64,000 nucleotides of DNA from a virus (IMGVR_UViG_2974619995_000001:6367-70366); one strand, 5' to 3'. Counted from the first letter of the stretch, positions 9,309 to 19,142 are shown. Made by a program: numbers and translations. The notes: a model not told the origin generated them from the letters alone.

Positions 9309-9471
9309 TAAATACCCCTACATTTTTCGTTATCCGGGACTAATTTACACATTTCTACATTTAGCTCATGGAGAGAGTTATCTATTTCAGTTAAACGTGT
9401 GCTAAGAATAACCATATTATATATTAGTATTCCTACAAGGAATGATAGGAGTGAAATTGATACTCTCTCCA

Positions 9472-9741
9472 TTATTTCTTACCTTTCAGTTGCTTAACTT
9501 CACGTTCAAAAGATGCTGCACGACGTTCCGCAGTTGCCTGATGCTCTTTAGCAAAACGTGCTTCCTGTTTTGCGAGGTTGAACGCCATAGCATTCTTATT
9601 CAGAGAATCATACATCTTTTTCATTGCCGGAATAGACATCTTCATGAGCTGACCCTCAAAACCCTGCATGTCGAGGAGAATTGCCAGAACGTTAGCCATT
9701 TCATTTTTAGTCATGTTTTCCATTAGAATTTCCTCTCTCAT
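9472..9741 (-). CDS. hypothetical protein (89 aa)
   Basis: ORF with RBS GAGAGGAAA; own early promoter upstream. Confidence 0.55.
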   Translation of the reverse strand: MREEILMENMTKNEMANVLAILLDMQGFEGQLMKMSIPAMKKMYDSLNKNAMAFNLAKQEARFAKEHQATAERRAASFEREVKQLKGKK

Positions 9742-9755
9742 TAATTTATGAACTT

Positions 9756-9784
9756 ATTATACAGAATTTTAAGGCTTAAAGCAA
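9756..9784 (-). promoter_or_regulatory. T5-type early promoter (-35 TTGCTT / 17 / -10 TATAAT) + conserved UTR
   Basis: reverse complement read directly; part of the promoter family. Confidence 0.6.
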
Positions 9785-9801
9785 CTGAATTTTTTAATTA
9801 C

Positions 9802-10233
9802 TTACCAATCGTTAACAACGCCGGAGAACTCAGAAGCAAAAACCTTTTCAAATTTCTCTGCAATTTCAGGATGATCTTTGCAGATCAGCTCAATACATGC
9901 TTCTGGAGTCATTCCTTCATCTTCAGGATCACCATAGTATTTATCCCAAAGATCATCAGGAATGATATGTTCCGCCAAATCTTGGAAAGAGATTAACTGA
10001 TAACGTTCTGCCTCCTCAGGGATAAGAATTTCGCACAGATCTTTATCTATATCGCTACGATAATCCGCAATTAATAGGGCATTGCAAGCATGGCATTCCC
10101 AGACCATCAAACGTTCAGAAATAGGATTAGACTTATCCTGAACGTAAGACTGGAACAAGGTTCGGAAAGTTGCCTTAACTTGTTCAAACTTATCTGCTGC
10201 TGCGAAAACTAGGGCTTTATCAACTTTGTTCAT
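9802..10233 (-). CDS. hypothetical acidic protein (143 aa)
   Basis: ORF. Confidence 0.6.
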   Translation of the reverse strand: MNKVDKALVFAAADKFEQVKATFRTLFQSYVQDKSNPISERLMVWECHACNALLIADYRSDIDKDLCEILIPEEAERYQLISFQDLAEHIIPDDLWDKYYGDPEDEGMTPEACIELICKDHPEIAEKFEKVFASEFSGVVNDW

Positions 10234-10263
10234 TTTGATTCCTTCTCATCAATTTATAAAGTA

Positions 10264-10292
10264 ATTATACAGAAACTTAAGCATTTTAGCAA
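10264..10292 (-). promoter_or_regulatory. T5-type early promoter (-35 TTGCTA / 17 / TATAAT)
   Basis: read directly. Confidence 0.6.
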
Positions 10293-10400
10293 ATAAAACT
10301 TTTAATTAAAATGCCTAATCCTGTGCCAATAGCAATACAAATGATTATAAGTATTGCTATCGCTTGTATGATTCGTTTAATAATAGCCTCAGCTATATAC

Positions 10401-10991
10401 TCAGACATTTATATCACCACGTAATACAGCAGCTACGTCTTCCCCTATTTGTAATACCTCGCCGGTAGTACAATTAACTACTCTATCATAGCTAGTAAAC
10501 TTACCAGACACAATATCCTCTAGTGGAATTGGAGTTTTACTCATTTCAAATGAAACATTAATATAACGTGGATCACGTAGAGAAGTAGTGTGTACGTGTC
10601 CGTGAATATTTAGTTTGCCACGAAGTTCATTAGGGTGCAAAGGGCAGTGAGATAGCCAAAACTTTTTGCCACCTCCAGTCTGTTTACCTAGAGCCTGAAT
10701 ATCATCATAAACTTCTGCTAAGTCCCTAATGCTCAATCCTTGACGTTCCGCATCGTGGTTGCCCATTATAAGTTGGTTAGGAACATTGTGGATAACCGAC
10801 TTTAATTTGGCCAGACCTTCACGACCTACTGCAATATCCCCTAGCAAAATAAGTTTTGTTCGTTTACCAATATGCTTGGACAAAGTGTCTAGAATATACT
10901 CATCGTGCTCCTTCATGTTCTTAAACCACGGACGGAAACGTAACGCTCCAGGGTGGTCTAGGTGCAAGTCTGACCAGAATTTAACTTTCAT
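10401..10991 (-). CDS. calcineurin-like metallophosphoesterase (196 aa)
   Basis: motifs DLHLDHP, GDIAVGREG, GNHD characteristic of the metallophosphatase fold. Confidence 0.65.
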   Translation of the reverse strand: MKVKFWSDLHLDHPGALRFRPWFKNMKEHDEYILDTLSKHIGKRTKLILLGDIAVGREGLAKLKSVIHNVPNQLIMGNHDAERQGLSIRDLAEVYDDIQALGKQTGGGKKFWLSHCPLHPNELRGKLNIHGHVHTTSLRDPRYINVSFEMSKTPIPLEDIVSGKFTSYDRVVNCTTGEVLQIGEDVAAVLRGDINV

Positions 10992-11280
10992 TACTCTTTT
11001 CCTTATTCTGTATTAAGCTATCAACCCAAGAGGTTAACACTTTGGTTTTAAACTCCTCGGGAGTCTCTCCTTCCTTAAGGTCTACCTCATTAAGATAGGT
11101 AGTAAGCCTTGTTTCTACCTCTATTTCAGTAGGAGAATTAAAACAAAAATTGACTGCTATCCCAGAATATATTACCCCAGTATCTCCTTTGACGAAAGCA
11201 TTAACTAATGCCCTCCAACGAAGGGCATCAATACGCATTGCTCGTAATTCTTCTCGTACTTCTTTCATTCTATCATTCAT
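10981..11280 (-). CDS. hypothetical protein (99 aa)
   Basis: ORF. Confidence 0.5.
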   Translation of the reverse strand: MNDRMKEVREELRAMRIDALRWRALVNAFVKGDTGVIYSGIAVNFCFNSPTEIEVETRLTTYLNEVDLKEGETPEEFKTKVLTSWVDSLIQNKEKSNES

Positions 11281-12155
11281 TAAAGAATCCTCTGTACACC
11301 ACAGCTATCTTCCCGGAGTGTAGTAAATGTGGTGATTTTGCCCGTTTCATCATTAACCTGCGCAACCGTCAACTGCCCGTTGAAAACACCGCCAGTATCA
11401 AGATAAACACGGTTTTTATAAAGAAGTGGGTAAGGGACCCCAGTATGCCCGTGAAACACGAAATCTACCCCTTTAACTTCAGGCACTTCTACCATGTATT
11501 TTTCTTTAAATCCTGCATAACGCTGGAAATATGGGTGTTCCTCACCATTTTTGGACAAGTAGAAGCCTATTTCTTGGATTACATCTCGATCCCATAAATA
11601 TGGTTCAACATGGTATCCCGGATGGTCATGTGGGTCTTCCTTAGTTGCTTCTACTTGTGCAATAAGATTATCCCATACTGGGGTTTCTACTTCATTACCA
11701 CATTCTTTGTATGTAAAAGGTACACCACCATGAACAACACCAAACTTCTTACCACGATGTCTAACAGTTAGGAATACTGGCATTTTTTCAGCCATATCTT
11801 CGGCAATATTTTTAATGGTGTCAGCATCTAGTTCATTCATGGCCCACATACCACCATTATACATCCAATTAGCCCAATCTCCCACAATCATAAATTGGTC
11901 ATGATTACCACGGACACTGATAAAGCGTGGATTATACAGGAATTTGGCTAAAACTTGTAAGTTTTGTGTGCCTCGGTCAATTAAGTCACCAACACATACT
12001 ACGCAATCTTTTTTGCTATTATACCCAGCTAATTTTAACGCATCTTCTAGCAAATCGTTGCATCCATGAATATCACCAACGAAAAACAAGTTGGCATCAT
12101 CCGGCACTACTAGAGTTTTATGTACATTAAATTCTTTTTTCATAATTATTCCCAA
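11280..12155 (-). CDS. serine/threonine protein phosphatase (PPP family, lambda-PPase-like) (291 aa)
   Basis: canonical PPP motifs GDIHG, GDLIDRG, GNHD. Confidence 0.8.
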   Translation of the reverse strand: MGIIMKKEFNVHKTLVVPDDANLFFVGDIHGCNDLLEDALKLAGYNSKKDCVVCVGDLIDRGTQNLQVLAKFLYNPRFISVRGNHDQFMIVGDWANWMYNGGMWAMNELDADTIKNIAEDMAEKMPVFLTVRHRGKKFGVVHGGVPFTYKECGNEVETPVWDNLIAQVEATKEDPHDHPGYHVEPYLWDRDVIQEIGFYLSKNGEEHPYFQRYAGFKEKYMVEVPEVKGVDFVFHGHTGVPYPLLYKNRVYLDTGGVFNGQLTVAQVNDETGKITTFTTLREDSCGVQRIL

Positions 12156-12391
12156 ATAACAGTTAAAATAGTTGTGCCATAATCATTAGATAGTTGGAGG
12201 GTATAACCCTCTTTATAGAGGGCTTTTATAGCTTCATAACTAATTTCATCACGATTAAACTGTACAAAAGAACCTCCAATCCCCACAGAAGAAACTATTC
12301 TCTTTTTAACATACTTATATTGTTTCTTTCTGCTTTTAAGAAGTGCAGCTCTATTTATTCTGGCTAAACGTTTTGCCTGTTCCGCTAACAT
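12146..12391 (-). CDS. hypothetical protein (81 aa)
   Basis: ORF. Confidence 0.5.
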   Translation of the reverse strand: MLAEQAKRLARINRAALLKSRKKQYKYVKKRIVSSVGIGGSFVQFNRDEISYEAIKALYKEGYTLQLSNDYGTTILTVIWE

Positions 12392-12418
12392 TTAATCCTC
12401 CGGTCAATTTATATAAAT

Positions 12419-12448
12419 ATTATACCAAAATTTTTAGCAAAAAGCAAG
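12419..12448 (-). promoter_or_regulatory. T5-type early promoter
   Basis: TATAAT and TTGCTT reverse complements with UTR motif. Confidence 0.5.
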
Positions 12449-12488
12449 TAAAATAAAAGCCTGATCAGCTAAGATCAGGCTTTGTTTA

Positions 12489-12806
12489 TTAATCCTCTGG
12501 ATTATCATCCAGGAAATTTTTAATAGCTTCGTGCATAGTTTCTTTACGAAGCTGACGTCCAATTAGAATATGATTAGCTTCTACTCGACCATTAGGTAAG
12601 CGATCTGCCAGAACTACTACAGGAACTTGGCGTACGCCAAATTTCTGCATTAATTCTGTATTATCAGTCTCTTTATGGACTTCCAAATTATACTCATTGA
12701 CTACTTTATCAAATACTGGCTCGAAAAGTTTACATGGGTTACAAGTGGAACCTTTTAATAGATAGACTAATTTAGACATTTTTATTTCCTTTACTGGCAA
12801 ACTCAC
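12489..12806 (-). CDS. thioredoxin/glutaredoxin-like protein (CxxC = CNPC) (105 aa)
   Basis: CNPC active-site-like motif in thioredoxin-fold context. Confidence 0.5.
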   Translation of the reverse strand: MSLPVKEIKMSKLVYLLKGSTCNPCKLFEPVFDKVVNEYNLEVHKETDNTELMQKFGVRQVPVVVLADRLPNGRVEANHILIGRQLRKETMHEAIKNFLDDNPED

Positions 12807-13278
12807 CGTGGAGTTCTTCTAGTTTTTCATCTCTCCATGCAATTGCTTCTTCCAAAGAACTGCACGTTTTCATATAATTGATTCCTGCCCTAGAGATTTT
12901 TACTCTAAAAGACTTCCCTCTTTGAGATATATTTTTTAATCCCAATAGGTTATTTTTATTAGCCGATTTCCTATTAAAAGCATTTTGAGCTTTTGTAGCT
13001 TCTCTTAAGTTACCAATACGATTGTTTAGCGTATTGGTATCATCATGGTCTACTATATCAGGTAAATAGCCTTTGTGCATAAAGAATATTGCCCTATGCG
13101 CAAGTATTCGTTCCCCATCAATAGAGAGCATTAGATAGCCATCAGCATTAATAGACCCAGCGGGCATATTGTTAAGACTAGTATTCCATCCCCGTGTACC
13201 TTCTGGTCTAGGTTTCCAGGTTAGAGTACCGTCTTCGTGGTACTCTAGTACCTCTAATAATCTTTCCCTAGTAATCAC
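12772..13278 (-). CDS. HNH homing endonuclease (HNH_3 + AP2-like DNA-binding domain) (168 aa)
   Basis: motif DHDDTNTLNNRIGNLREATKAQN (H-N-N) and GKSFRVKISRAG AP2-like. Confidence 0.7.
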   Translation of the reverse strand: MITRERLLEVLEYHEDGTLTWKPRPEGTRGWNTSLNNMPAGSINADGYLMLSIDGERILAHRAIFFMHKGYLPDIVDHDDTNTLNNRIGNLREATKAQNAFNRKSANKNNLLGLKNISQRGKSFRVKISRAGINYMKTCSSLEEAIAWRDEKLEELHGEFASKGNKNV

Positions 13279-13703
13279 AATTTATTAATGGCCTCTAAGA
13301 AGTTTCTCATAGTTTTTACAGTTGCGGTGCTCAGATCAAGATTTACACCCAAACACTCGGTTAATGCTTCCTGATAGGGAGCCTTCAATCTGCCTTCTGG
13401 GACTTCTACCTTCTTATATTCTTTATTTTTGACCTTTTTAATCATAGTCTCTAATACAAGAAGCGGTAATTTAGCACCTTCAATATCAGTACCCAAAAGT
13501 TCAGTTAAAATTTTATTAAGATCAAGACGAGTTAACTTTTTGCCCTTAGACATAGATGCACCTACCTTTGTATCAATAGATTTTTCCGCTTTCTTTTCGA
13601 GCTTTTTGTACTCAGGAGAGTCATGATCACGGAGTGCAATGTTTAGCTCGTAATGTGGTATACGAAAATGTTCCGCCATTTGAGTATAGAAACGATCAGA
13701 CAT
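13275..13703 (-). CDS. hypothetical protein (142 aa)
   Basis: ORF. Confidence 0.55.
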   Translation of the reverse strand: MSDRFYTQMAEHFRIPHYELNIALRDHDSPEYKKLEKKAEKSIDTKVGASMSKGKKLTRLDLNKILTELLGTDIEGAKLPLLVLETMIKKVKNKEYKKVEVPEGRLKAPYQEALTECLGVNLDLSTATVKTMRNFLEAINKL

Positions 13704-13736
13704 AATATATACCTCTCTTAACTAATTTATGTATAT

Positions 13737-13765
13737 ATTATATAATAACTAGGGCTAAAAGTCAA
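13737..13765 (-). promoter_or_regulatory. early promoter (-35 TTGACT / 17 / TATAAT)
   Basis: read directly. Confidence 0.5.
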
Positions 13766-13778
13766 CTACTTTTTTATC

Positions 13779-14195
13779 TTAATCTACTGCATGTATAAAT
13801 TTTTTCCTAACTAGATACATAGTTATTGGGTAAATTGAGTACATAAGTATCGGGGAGAAAAGGGTGAAATACGCTGTAACTCCCCCAGCTAACATCAAAG
13901 GTATTAATGCTAGAGTAAGGGCCATAAGAATCATACCGAATGAAACAGCCAAAGCTATGGATATAGGATTCTCTAGTTCCATCCATAACCAACAATATTT
14001 CGTATCTCTATGGCAATTGCATTTACAAACGCCGAATGAACCCATAATTATATACTCTAGTCCGTGAATAACCTTTATTAATAAGCTATTTCGGGTAGTT
14101 AATGCAATGATAGTAAAGACTATCATTAAAACGAATACTACTAGACTTATTTTCCAGATACCTAGCAGCATCATAGTGAATAGTTCTGCAAACAT
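13779..14195 (-). CDS. integral membrane protein, about 4 TM (138 aa)
   Basis: hydrophobic ORF directly downstream of endolysin. Confidence 0.55.
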   Translation of the reverse strand: MFAELFTMMLLGIWKISLVVFVLMIVFTIIALTTRNSLLIKVIHGLEYIIMGSFGVCKCNCHRDTKYCWLWMELENPISIALAVSFGMILMALTLALIPLMLAGGVTAYFTLFSPILMYSIYPITMYLVRKKFIHAVD

Positions 14196-14272
14196 GGCTT
14201 TCTCCTATCTTCAAAAATTATTAAAGCCCCCTTTGCCTAAAAAGGCGGGAATATTCCCGCCTCAGTTATTAA

Positions 14273-14686
14273 TTAAACTAGTTCGACATGACCGCCATCA
14301 TAGGTACCACGTTTTATTTCGTCGTGATAATCTCCTGAAGCATTCCAATCAGAACCAAAACGAAGTTTAATGCCTAGTTCTTTACCAGCTTGTTCAAAAG
14401 CCTTTTTAACTGCCCAAAATGCTTCTAAGTCATTCCAATCAATTTTGCCATTAATGTATGGAGCAAAATCAAGGGCATCCCCAGTAATATGCTTGCTTTT
14501 ACTAGGATCTTTTAAAAATGAAGTACCATTAGCAATATTCTGGGCACTTTGTGCTACTGTACGAATACCCTGTACGATCGTGAAATCATATGGAGATAAT
14601 TCTAAAGCTCTACGAGCTACTTTTTGTAGCTCTGGCTTAACGGTAGCTAATTGTTTTTCGCTATTTTTACCAAATTTAAAACTCAT
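14273..14686 (-). CDS. lys: endolysin, L-alanyl-D-glutamate peptidase (M15 family) (137 aa)
   Basis: Zn-ligand pattern H..D...H (KHITGDALD ... GGHVELV), size and context match T5 Lys. Confidence 0.8.
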   Translation of the reverse strand: MSFKFGKNSEKQLATVKPELQKVARRALELSPYDFTIVQGIRTVAQSAQNIANGTSFLKDPSKSKHITGDALDFAPYINGKIDWNDLEAFWAVKKAFEQAGKELGIKLRFGSDWNASGDYHDEIKRGTYDGGHVELV

Positions 14687-15339
14687 ATTGATCTACCTAA
14701 AGATCTCTGTTGTGGAGAACAGAGCTTTGTTAAGTACTCGTTAAATTTCTCAGAATCGGCCGCATCTACAGGATTATCTTTCCAAGCAATACCAATATAT
14801 CCAGCATAGATATTGTTTAGATTGAAATACGGACAAGTGTATATGTAATTAAAAGTAACGTTCTTAAACGCAGGTATATTTAACCCCATGTATTTATTTA
14901 CTTTTACACTTAAATCCGATGCGTAGTTAAAGCCCTCTAAGTGACGTCTATATAGCTCAGACGTTTTATTTACCGCTTTATCGGCCAAGTCAGCCCTATC
15001 TAATTGCGCATTGCTTTCCCATGCAATAATGTTAGAATAATCATTAATGGCATCGGGTTTATACTTGACGACAAAAACAGCATCTGCACCCGTTTGAGAA
15101 AAGAGAACCATGCTCTTTTCTCTAGCTACATTAGGAAAGTTATCTATCCTTTGAGTTTGAACATCCTGTAGAACCGCAGACGTGGAGAAAGTCTTTAAGA
15201 ATGACATCACCTCACTAGTATTACTAACAAATAAGAAAATAATGACAGCAACTAAGATAGTTAGCAGACGTTTAAGAAGCGATGCTGGATCTTTCGCTTC
15301 TTGGAGCAGTACTGTTAATAATTGTAAGAACTTTTCCAA
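14683..15339 (-). CDS. putative holin (218 aa, single N-terminal TM)
   Basis: ATGA-coupled directly upstream of endolysin; TM at residues about 25-45. Confidence 0.55.
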   Translation of the reverse strand: MEKFLQLLTVLLQEAKDPASLLKRLLTILVAVIIFLFVSNTSEVMSFLKTFSTSAVLQDVQTQRIDNFPNVAREKSMVLFSQTGADAVFVVKYKPDAINDYSNIIAWESNAQLDRADLADKAVNKTSELYRRHLEGFNYASDLSVKVNKYMGLNIPAFKNVTFNYIYTCPYFNLNNIYAGYIGIAWKDNPVDAADSEKFNEYLTKLCSPQQRSLGRSI

Positions 15340-15495
15340 TTGTAACCTCCTCTAACCATTACCATTATACTAATTTTGGAGGAAAATTACAATGTGTTTT
15401 TAAAGATCACTTCTGGAGCATAAAATTTTGTCGTTGTCAAGAAGAATTTTAGATAAAAGAAAAGCCAGGGTCGTTAAACCCTGGCTTAAAATTAC

Positions 15496-16095
15496 TTACT
15501 CTTCGTTGTGCTTCTCGGATTGAGGTAACTGGGCTTTATTATATTGCTCAGATCGATATTTTGCCAAGATTTCAATACGCTTATGGATTTCCTTGCTATC
15601 TAGATAGATATTTTTGTTGTCTTTTACCATCTCGTCGATTTCATCTATTGAGAAGAACGGATAGTAGACATCTAGCATCATATCTTCTACGAACTTGTTG
15701 TAAGATTCATAGGCTTTCTTGATTTCTTGACCTTTCTCACAGAACCCACCAGAGAACGTATGTCCCATTAGTGTAGCATGTGGATGTACTACCCATCCAT
15801 GACAAGATAGGAAAATTGTGCAGTAAGCAGAAGCACTAGGACCAATCAGGTGTCCTATAACTGTTCCACGGCAGTTAGCAATTAAGTTAGATAACTGTGC
15901 AGCAGTATCAACATAACCACCCGGGCCATTAATCATCAGATTAATTTCGTCGTCCTCGTTTGCCTGCATAAGTACTATTGATAAATCACGGTATTCATCC
16001 GGTGGACCGAGTTCTTCATCAAAGAAAAAGGTATACTCGTTAGATTGGCGAATGGAGTGGAACAGGTTAGTCTTTTCTTCTTTTTTATTAGTCAT
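15496..16095 (-). CDS. ClpP-family serine peptidase-like protein (199 aa)
   Basis: aligns by eye with ClpP core: INGPGGYV (INSPGGVI), GPSAS (catalytic Ser), MGH (catalytic His). Confidence 0.6.
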   Translation of the reverse strand: MTNKKEEKTNLFHSIRQSNEYTFFFDEELGPPDEYRDLSIVLMQANEDDEINLMINGPGGYVDTAAQLSNLIANCRGTVIGHLIGPSASAYCTIFLSCHGWVVHPHATLMGHTFSGGFCEKGQEIKKAYESYNKFVEDMMLDVYYPFFSIDEIDEMVKDNKNIYLDSKEIHKRIEILAKYRSEQYNKAQLPQSEKHNEE

Positions 16096-16107
16096 AGCGA
16101 TCCTTGA

Positions 16108-16860
16108 TTATCCAACTAGTGGTTCTAGCTCTAAGTCACAGAAGTTATACACTTCTAGTTTAAGGTTATTGATACCATCGAATTTATTAACTAATTCGTG
16201 AGTAATATATTTTGCAGGAATACCACTTTCAGATGGATGATCTGATTTAATAGTGAATTTCTGCTCAGCTGGCACTACATTTACTAGTAAAGAATCCATA
16301 TCTAAATGGTTCGTTTCTCTGAGTAACTCTCCTTCATTGGGGAATCTCACATCTGTTATTACGGCGACATCTGGGTCGTCTTTAGCGATGGATTGCTCCA
16401 GAATTATGAGCCAAATGCGTTCATGCACCAGCTGCCTTCCTAGCTCTGTTCCTACGAGCTGTAACATTTTTCTCGGAGAAATAAATAAGCTATAAAGACC
16501 GTCTTCTTTATTCTCTGAGATAAGTTGCTGAGGATTAAGATATTTTTCCTCAAAAATCGGCCAAACGTACGAGAAGTCTTCAAACTTATTGATACCGTAC
16601 TTAAACCACACATCTCTGGCTCGCTCCAATTGAGATTGTGTTACTGTAAACCATTGGTCAATCTCTTTTCCCCTGCGCTCTCCTAGAAACTCTGGAGTTA
16701 CACCGAGGATTACGGATGCAAGTTCATAAACGGGCTTAGCAAAACTATAACGACGAGATAAACACGTTGGATACGTGTCATTACACCAATCGATAATTAA
16801 TTTTGCAACGGTATCTTTTCCCGAACCAGCTTCACCATGTAAACCGACTAATACTGACAT
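16108..16860 (-). CDS. dnk: deoxynucleoside monophosphate kinase (250 aa)
   Basis: N-terminal P-loop GLHGEAGSGKDT resembles T4 gp1-type dNMP kinase. Confidence 0.65.
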   Translation of the reverse strand: MSVLVGLHGEAGSGKDTVAKLIIDWCNDTYPTCLSRRYSFAKPVYELASVILGVTPEFLGERRGKEIDQWFTVTQSQLERARDVWFKYGINKFEDFSYVWPIFEEKYLNPQQLISENKEDGLYSLFISPRKMLQLVGTELGRQLVHERIWLIILEQSIAKDDPDVAVITDVRFPNEGELLRETNHLDMDSLLVNVVPAEQKFTIKSDHPSESGIPAKYITHELVNKFDGINNLKLEVYNFCDLELEPLVG

Positions 16861-17213
16861 TAATCTTTCCTATTGTTAATTGGTGGATAATATACTAAAC
16901 AACGTTTTTCTTGCAAATCTTGACGATAGAAGCAAACCATACTTGTCAGTCGTGAAATATATGAATATTCTGCCTCACGGCATTTTGCCAACATATTCCA
17001 ATCTTTATATGGTACAACAACTACTACGCCATCTTCTCCATTTGTAGCTAATTTCTTTTCAAACTTAAAGTCAAAGCTACAAGGTTGAAGTCCTTTAGGC
17101 CAGTCTACATGAGCTGTTGGTAGCTCATGTGTGGGTTCTGGCTCTATTTCTTGTGCACAGCCTGTGATTGTGATTGCGGCTGCGAGCAGTATTCCAAGTT
17201 TCCAGTTAAACAT
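16860..17213 (-). CDS. lipoprotein; candidate o-spanin (117 aa)
   Basis: signal peptide + lipobox ITGC; start embedded out-of-frame in C-terminus of upstream TM/coiled-coil gene. Confidence 0.5.
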   Translation of the reverse strand: MFNWKLGILLAAAITITGCAQEIEPEPTHELPTAHVDWPKGLQPCSFDFKFEKKLATNGEDGVVVVVPYKDWNMLAKCREAEYSYISRLTSMVCFYRQDLQEKRCLVYYPPINNRKD

Positions 17214-17593
17214 GCTAATCTTTCCTCGAACTCCTTACTCTGCTTTTTAGCAATTAATGTTACCAATCCAGGCTTTGCAGCTATAATATCTTGTCGGCTA
17301 AGTGCTTTATCGAGCTGACCAATTTTCTTATCTAAGTCTGCTTGAGAAATATTATTCATCGTGAAATACTGATTCATTCTAGTCTCACGAAGTTCGCTTT
17401 CAGCTTTCACCTTATTAAGGGAAGTCTCTAGAGAAGAAATCTTTTTAGTAGCTACTGCAAGATCACCTGCTAGAGTCTCAACCTTATTAACTAAGTGATA
17501 AGCACCGAACCCGATGCCTATCGCTAGACCTGCTCCCAGGATATACCACTTACCGTGCCATATTCCTGAAAGAAGTTTTTGTATCAAATCCAT
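17144..17593 (-). CDS. TM + coiled-coil protein; candidate i-spanin (149 aa)
   Basis: N-terminal TM, long coiled coil; overlapped by lipoprotein gene. Confidence 0.5.
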   Translation of the reverse strand: MDLIQKLLSGIWHGKWYILGAGLAIGIGFGAYHLVNKVETLAGDLAVATKKISSLETSLNKVKAESELRETRMNQYFTMNNISQADLDKKIGQLDKALSRQDIIAAKPGLVTLIAKKQSKEFEERLACLTGNLEYCSQPQSQSQAVHKK

Positions 17594-18248
17594 GCGCTGC
17601 TAACCTATCTTTATCTGATACTTTAATCATATCAGGCTCACCAGTTCCTAGTACACCGAAGATATACTGTTCGAGAACTTGGTGTAAACGGTATAAGTTA
17701 CTTTCAATTTCCTGCCACGGAATACCTGACTGATGGAAACGAATGTTAGTCTGAATCACGAAGTTACGAACATCATCGTTATCGTTCTTCTTGATACCTT
17801 TCACATATGCAATCGGTACACGCAGTTCGGACAAGATACGTTCTGCTTTAGGTTTTGCTTCAACGAGCAAATCACGCATTGTTTCACGAACATCTCCACG
17901 ACTCTTATCCATTAAGTAAGAGCGAGCATGCAATCCCATCTCTTCCATTTTATCGAACATAGTGTCGAGGTCGAACGTTTTGAAGCTAAACTCTGGATGC
18001 CAGCAGTACAGCTCGTGTAACCAGTAAACTTCACCTGCAACGAACAATGGATTTACAAAGTATTCGAAGTCGCCACGGAAAGATAGTGAATCTTCACGAA
18101 ATACCTGGCGACTATGCACGATGTTCTTTTCTGCATCATCAGTTACTTTAACCAGTAGCTCTTCAGTTTTACGCTCCCAAACACGATCGGGATCAAACAA
18201 ACTGTTCTGCAAATCATATACATCTGCGAATTTAGAAATAATCCTCAT
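17550..18248 (-). CDS. hypothetical protein (232 aa)
   Basis: ORF with own promoter. Confidence 0.55.
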   Translation of the reverse strand: MRIISKFADVYDLQNSLFDPDRVWERKTEELLVKVTDDAEKNIVHSRQVFREDSLSFRGDFEYFVNPLFVAGEVYWLHELYCWHPEFSFKTFDLDTMFDKMEEMGLHARSYLMDKSRGDVRETMRDLLVEAKPKAERILSELRVPIAYVKGIKKNDNDDVRNFVIQTNIRFHQSGIPWQEIESNLYRLHQVLEQYIFGVLGTGEPDMIKVSDKDRLAAHGFDTKTSFRNMAR

Positions 18249-18279
18249 ATTTAATCCTCTTGCCTCAATCTATGAATAT

Positions 18280-18308
18280 ATTATACAAAAGTTCGGGCAT
18301 CTATGCAA
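18280..18308 (-). promoter_or_regulatory. early promoter (-35 TTGCAT / 17 / TATAAT)
   Basis: read directly. Confidence 0.55.
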
Positions 18309-18402
18309 CTAAAATTTTATTACAAAAATAGCCCAGTCGCAAAAGTGCAGGCTGGGCTTTGTCATTATTTGCTTTTGCTAGTAAGTTGACTTAGTGTCAA
18401 TC

Positions 18403-18783
18403 TTATGTGATATTAGTTTCTCTAGCTTTGCGTAGTACCCCTGCATTTCTCCATAATTTGATGTCAGCAACTGTTTCTTTGTACGGAGCAATAGTAGAAC
18501 CAATTGGGCCAGCAATTAATAACCCAAAGAATCCTACAATACGCATGTAGAATAAACATTCTTTGGCTGTCATTTTCTCTACTGCCTTTTTCTGCTTTTC
18601 ATCCTTAAATTCATGTTCCTGATCATCAATACGTAGATATTTAACAAACCATTCAGCAGAGTATTCGTCCAAATGTCTAATAATAGCTATTGCGTACCCA
18701 GCACCTATTAAAAACCAAGTTGTAACAAGGATTAGTAATGTAGTCATATCATCTCCAGTTATGGCTAGCAGCCACCTCACCAC
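18403..18783 (-). CDS. membrane protein (126 aa)
   Basis: ORF, TM helices. Confidence 0.5.
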   Translation of the reverse strand: MVRWLLAITGDDMTTLLILVTTWFLIGAGYAIAIIRHLDEYSAEWFVKYLRIDDQEHEFKDEKQKKAVEKMTAKECLFYMRIVGFFGLLIAGPIGSTIAPYKETVADIKLWRNAGVLRKARETNIT

Positions 18784-18857
18784 TTACCGCACTAAGGGGC
18801 ACGACTCCCTTATCCGTAACAGTTGCAGGTGACGCAACTCGGTCCTACGCGAGTTCT

Positions 18858-19142
18858 TTAAATATTCCGCATTTCAGCTTTAAACTTTTTCATATTACGA
18901 GTTTTTCTGTAAAAGAAAAGTACAGATGCTGGCCCTAAAAGAATATCCATAATAAATATCATAGATCTAGCACACCTGAGTAATGTTTTATCATCAAGAG
19001 GTGGTAGGTCTAATGGTCGGGTTTTATGTATAACGTATAATATTACATCTTTATTCTTAGAAATATATAGATCATCAATCAAGCTGTAAATAGCAACCAC
19101 AGACCCTATGACGAACCAAAGAGCAAAGGGAGAGATAATCAT
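18858..19142 (-). CDS. membrane protein (94 aa)
   Basis: ORF. Confidence 0.5.
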   Translation of the reverse strand: MIISPFALWFVIGSVVAIYSLIDDLYISKNKDVILYVIHKTRPLDLPPLDDKTLLRCARSMIFIMDILLGPASVLFFYRKTRNMKKFKAEMRNI

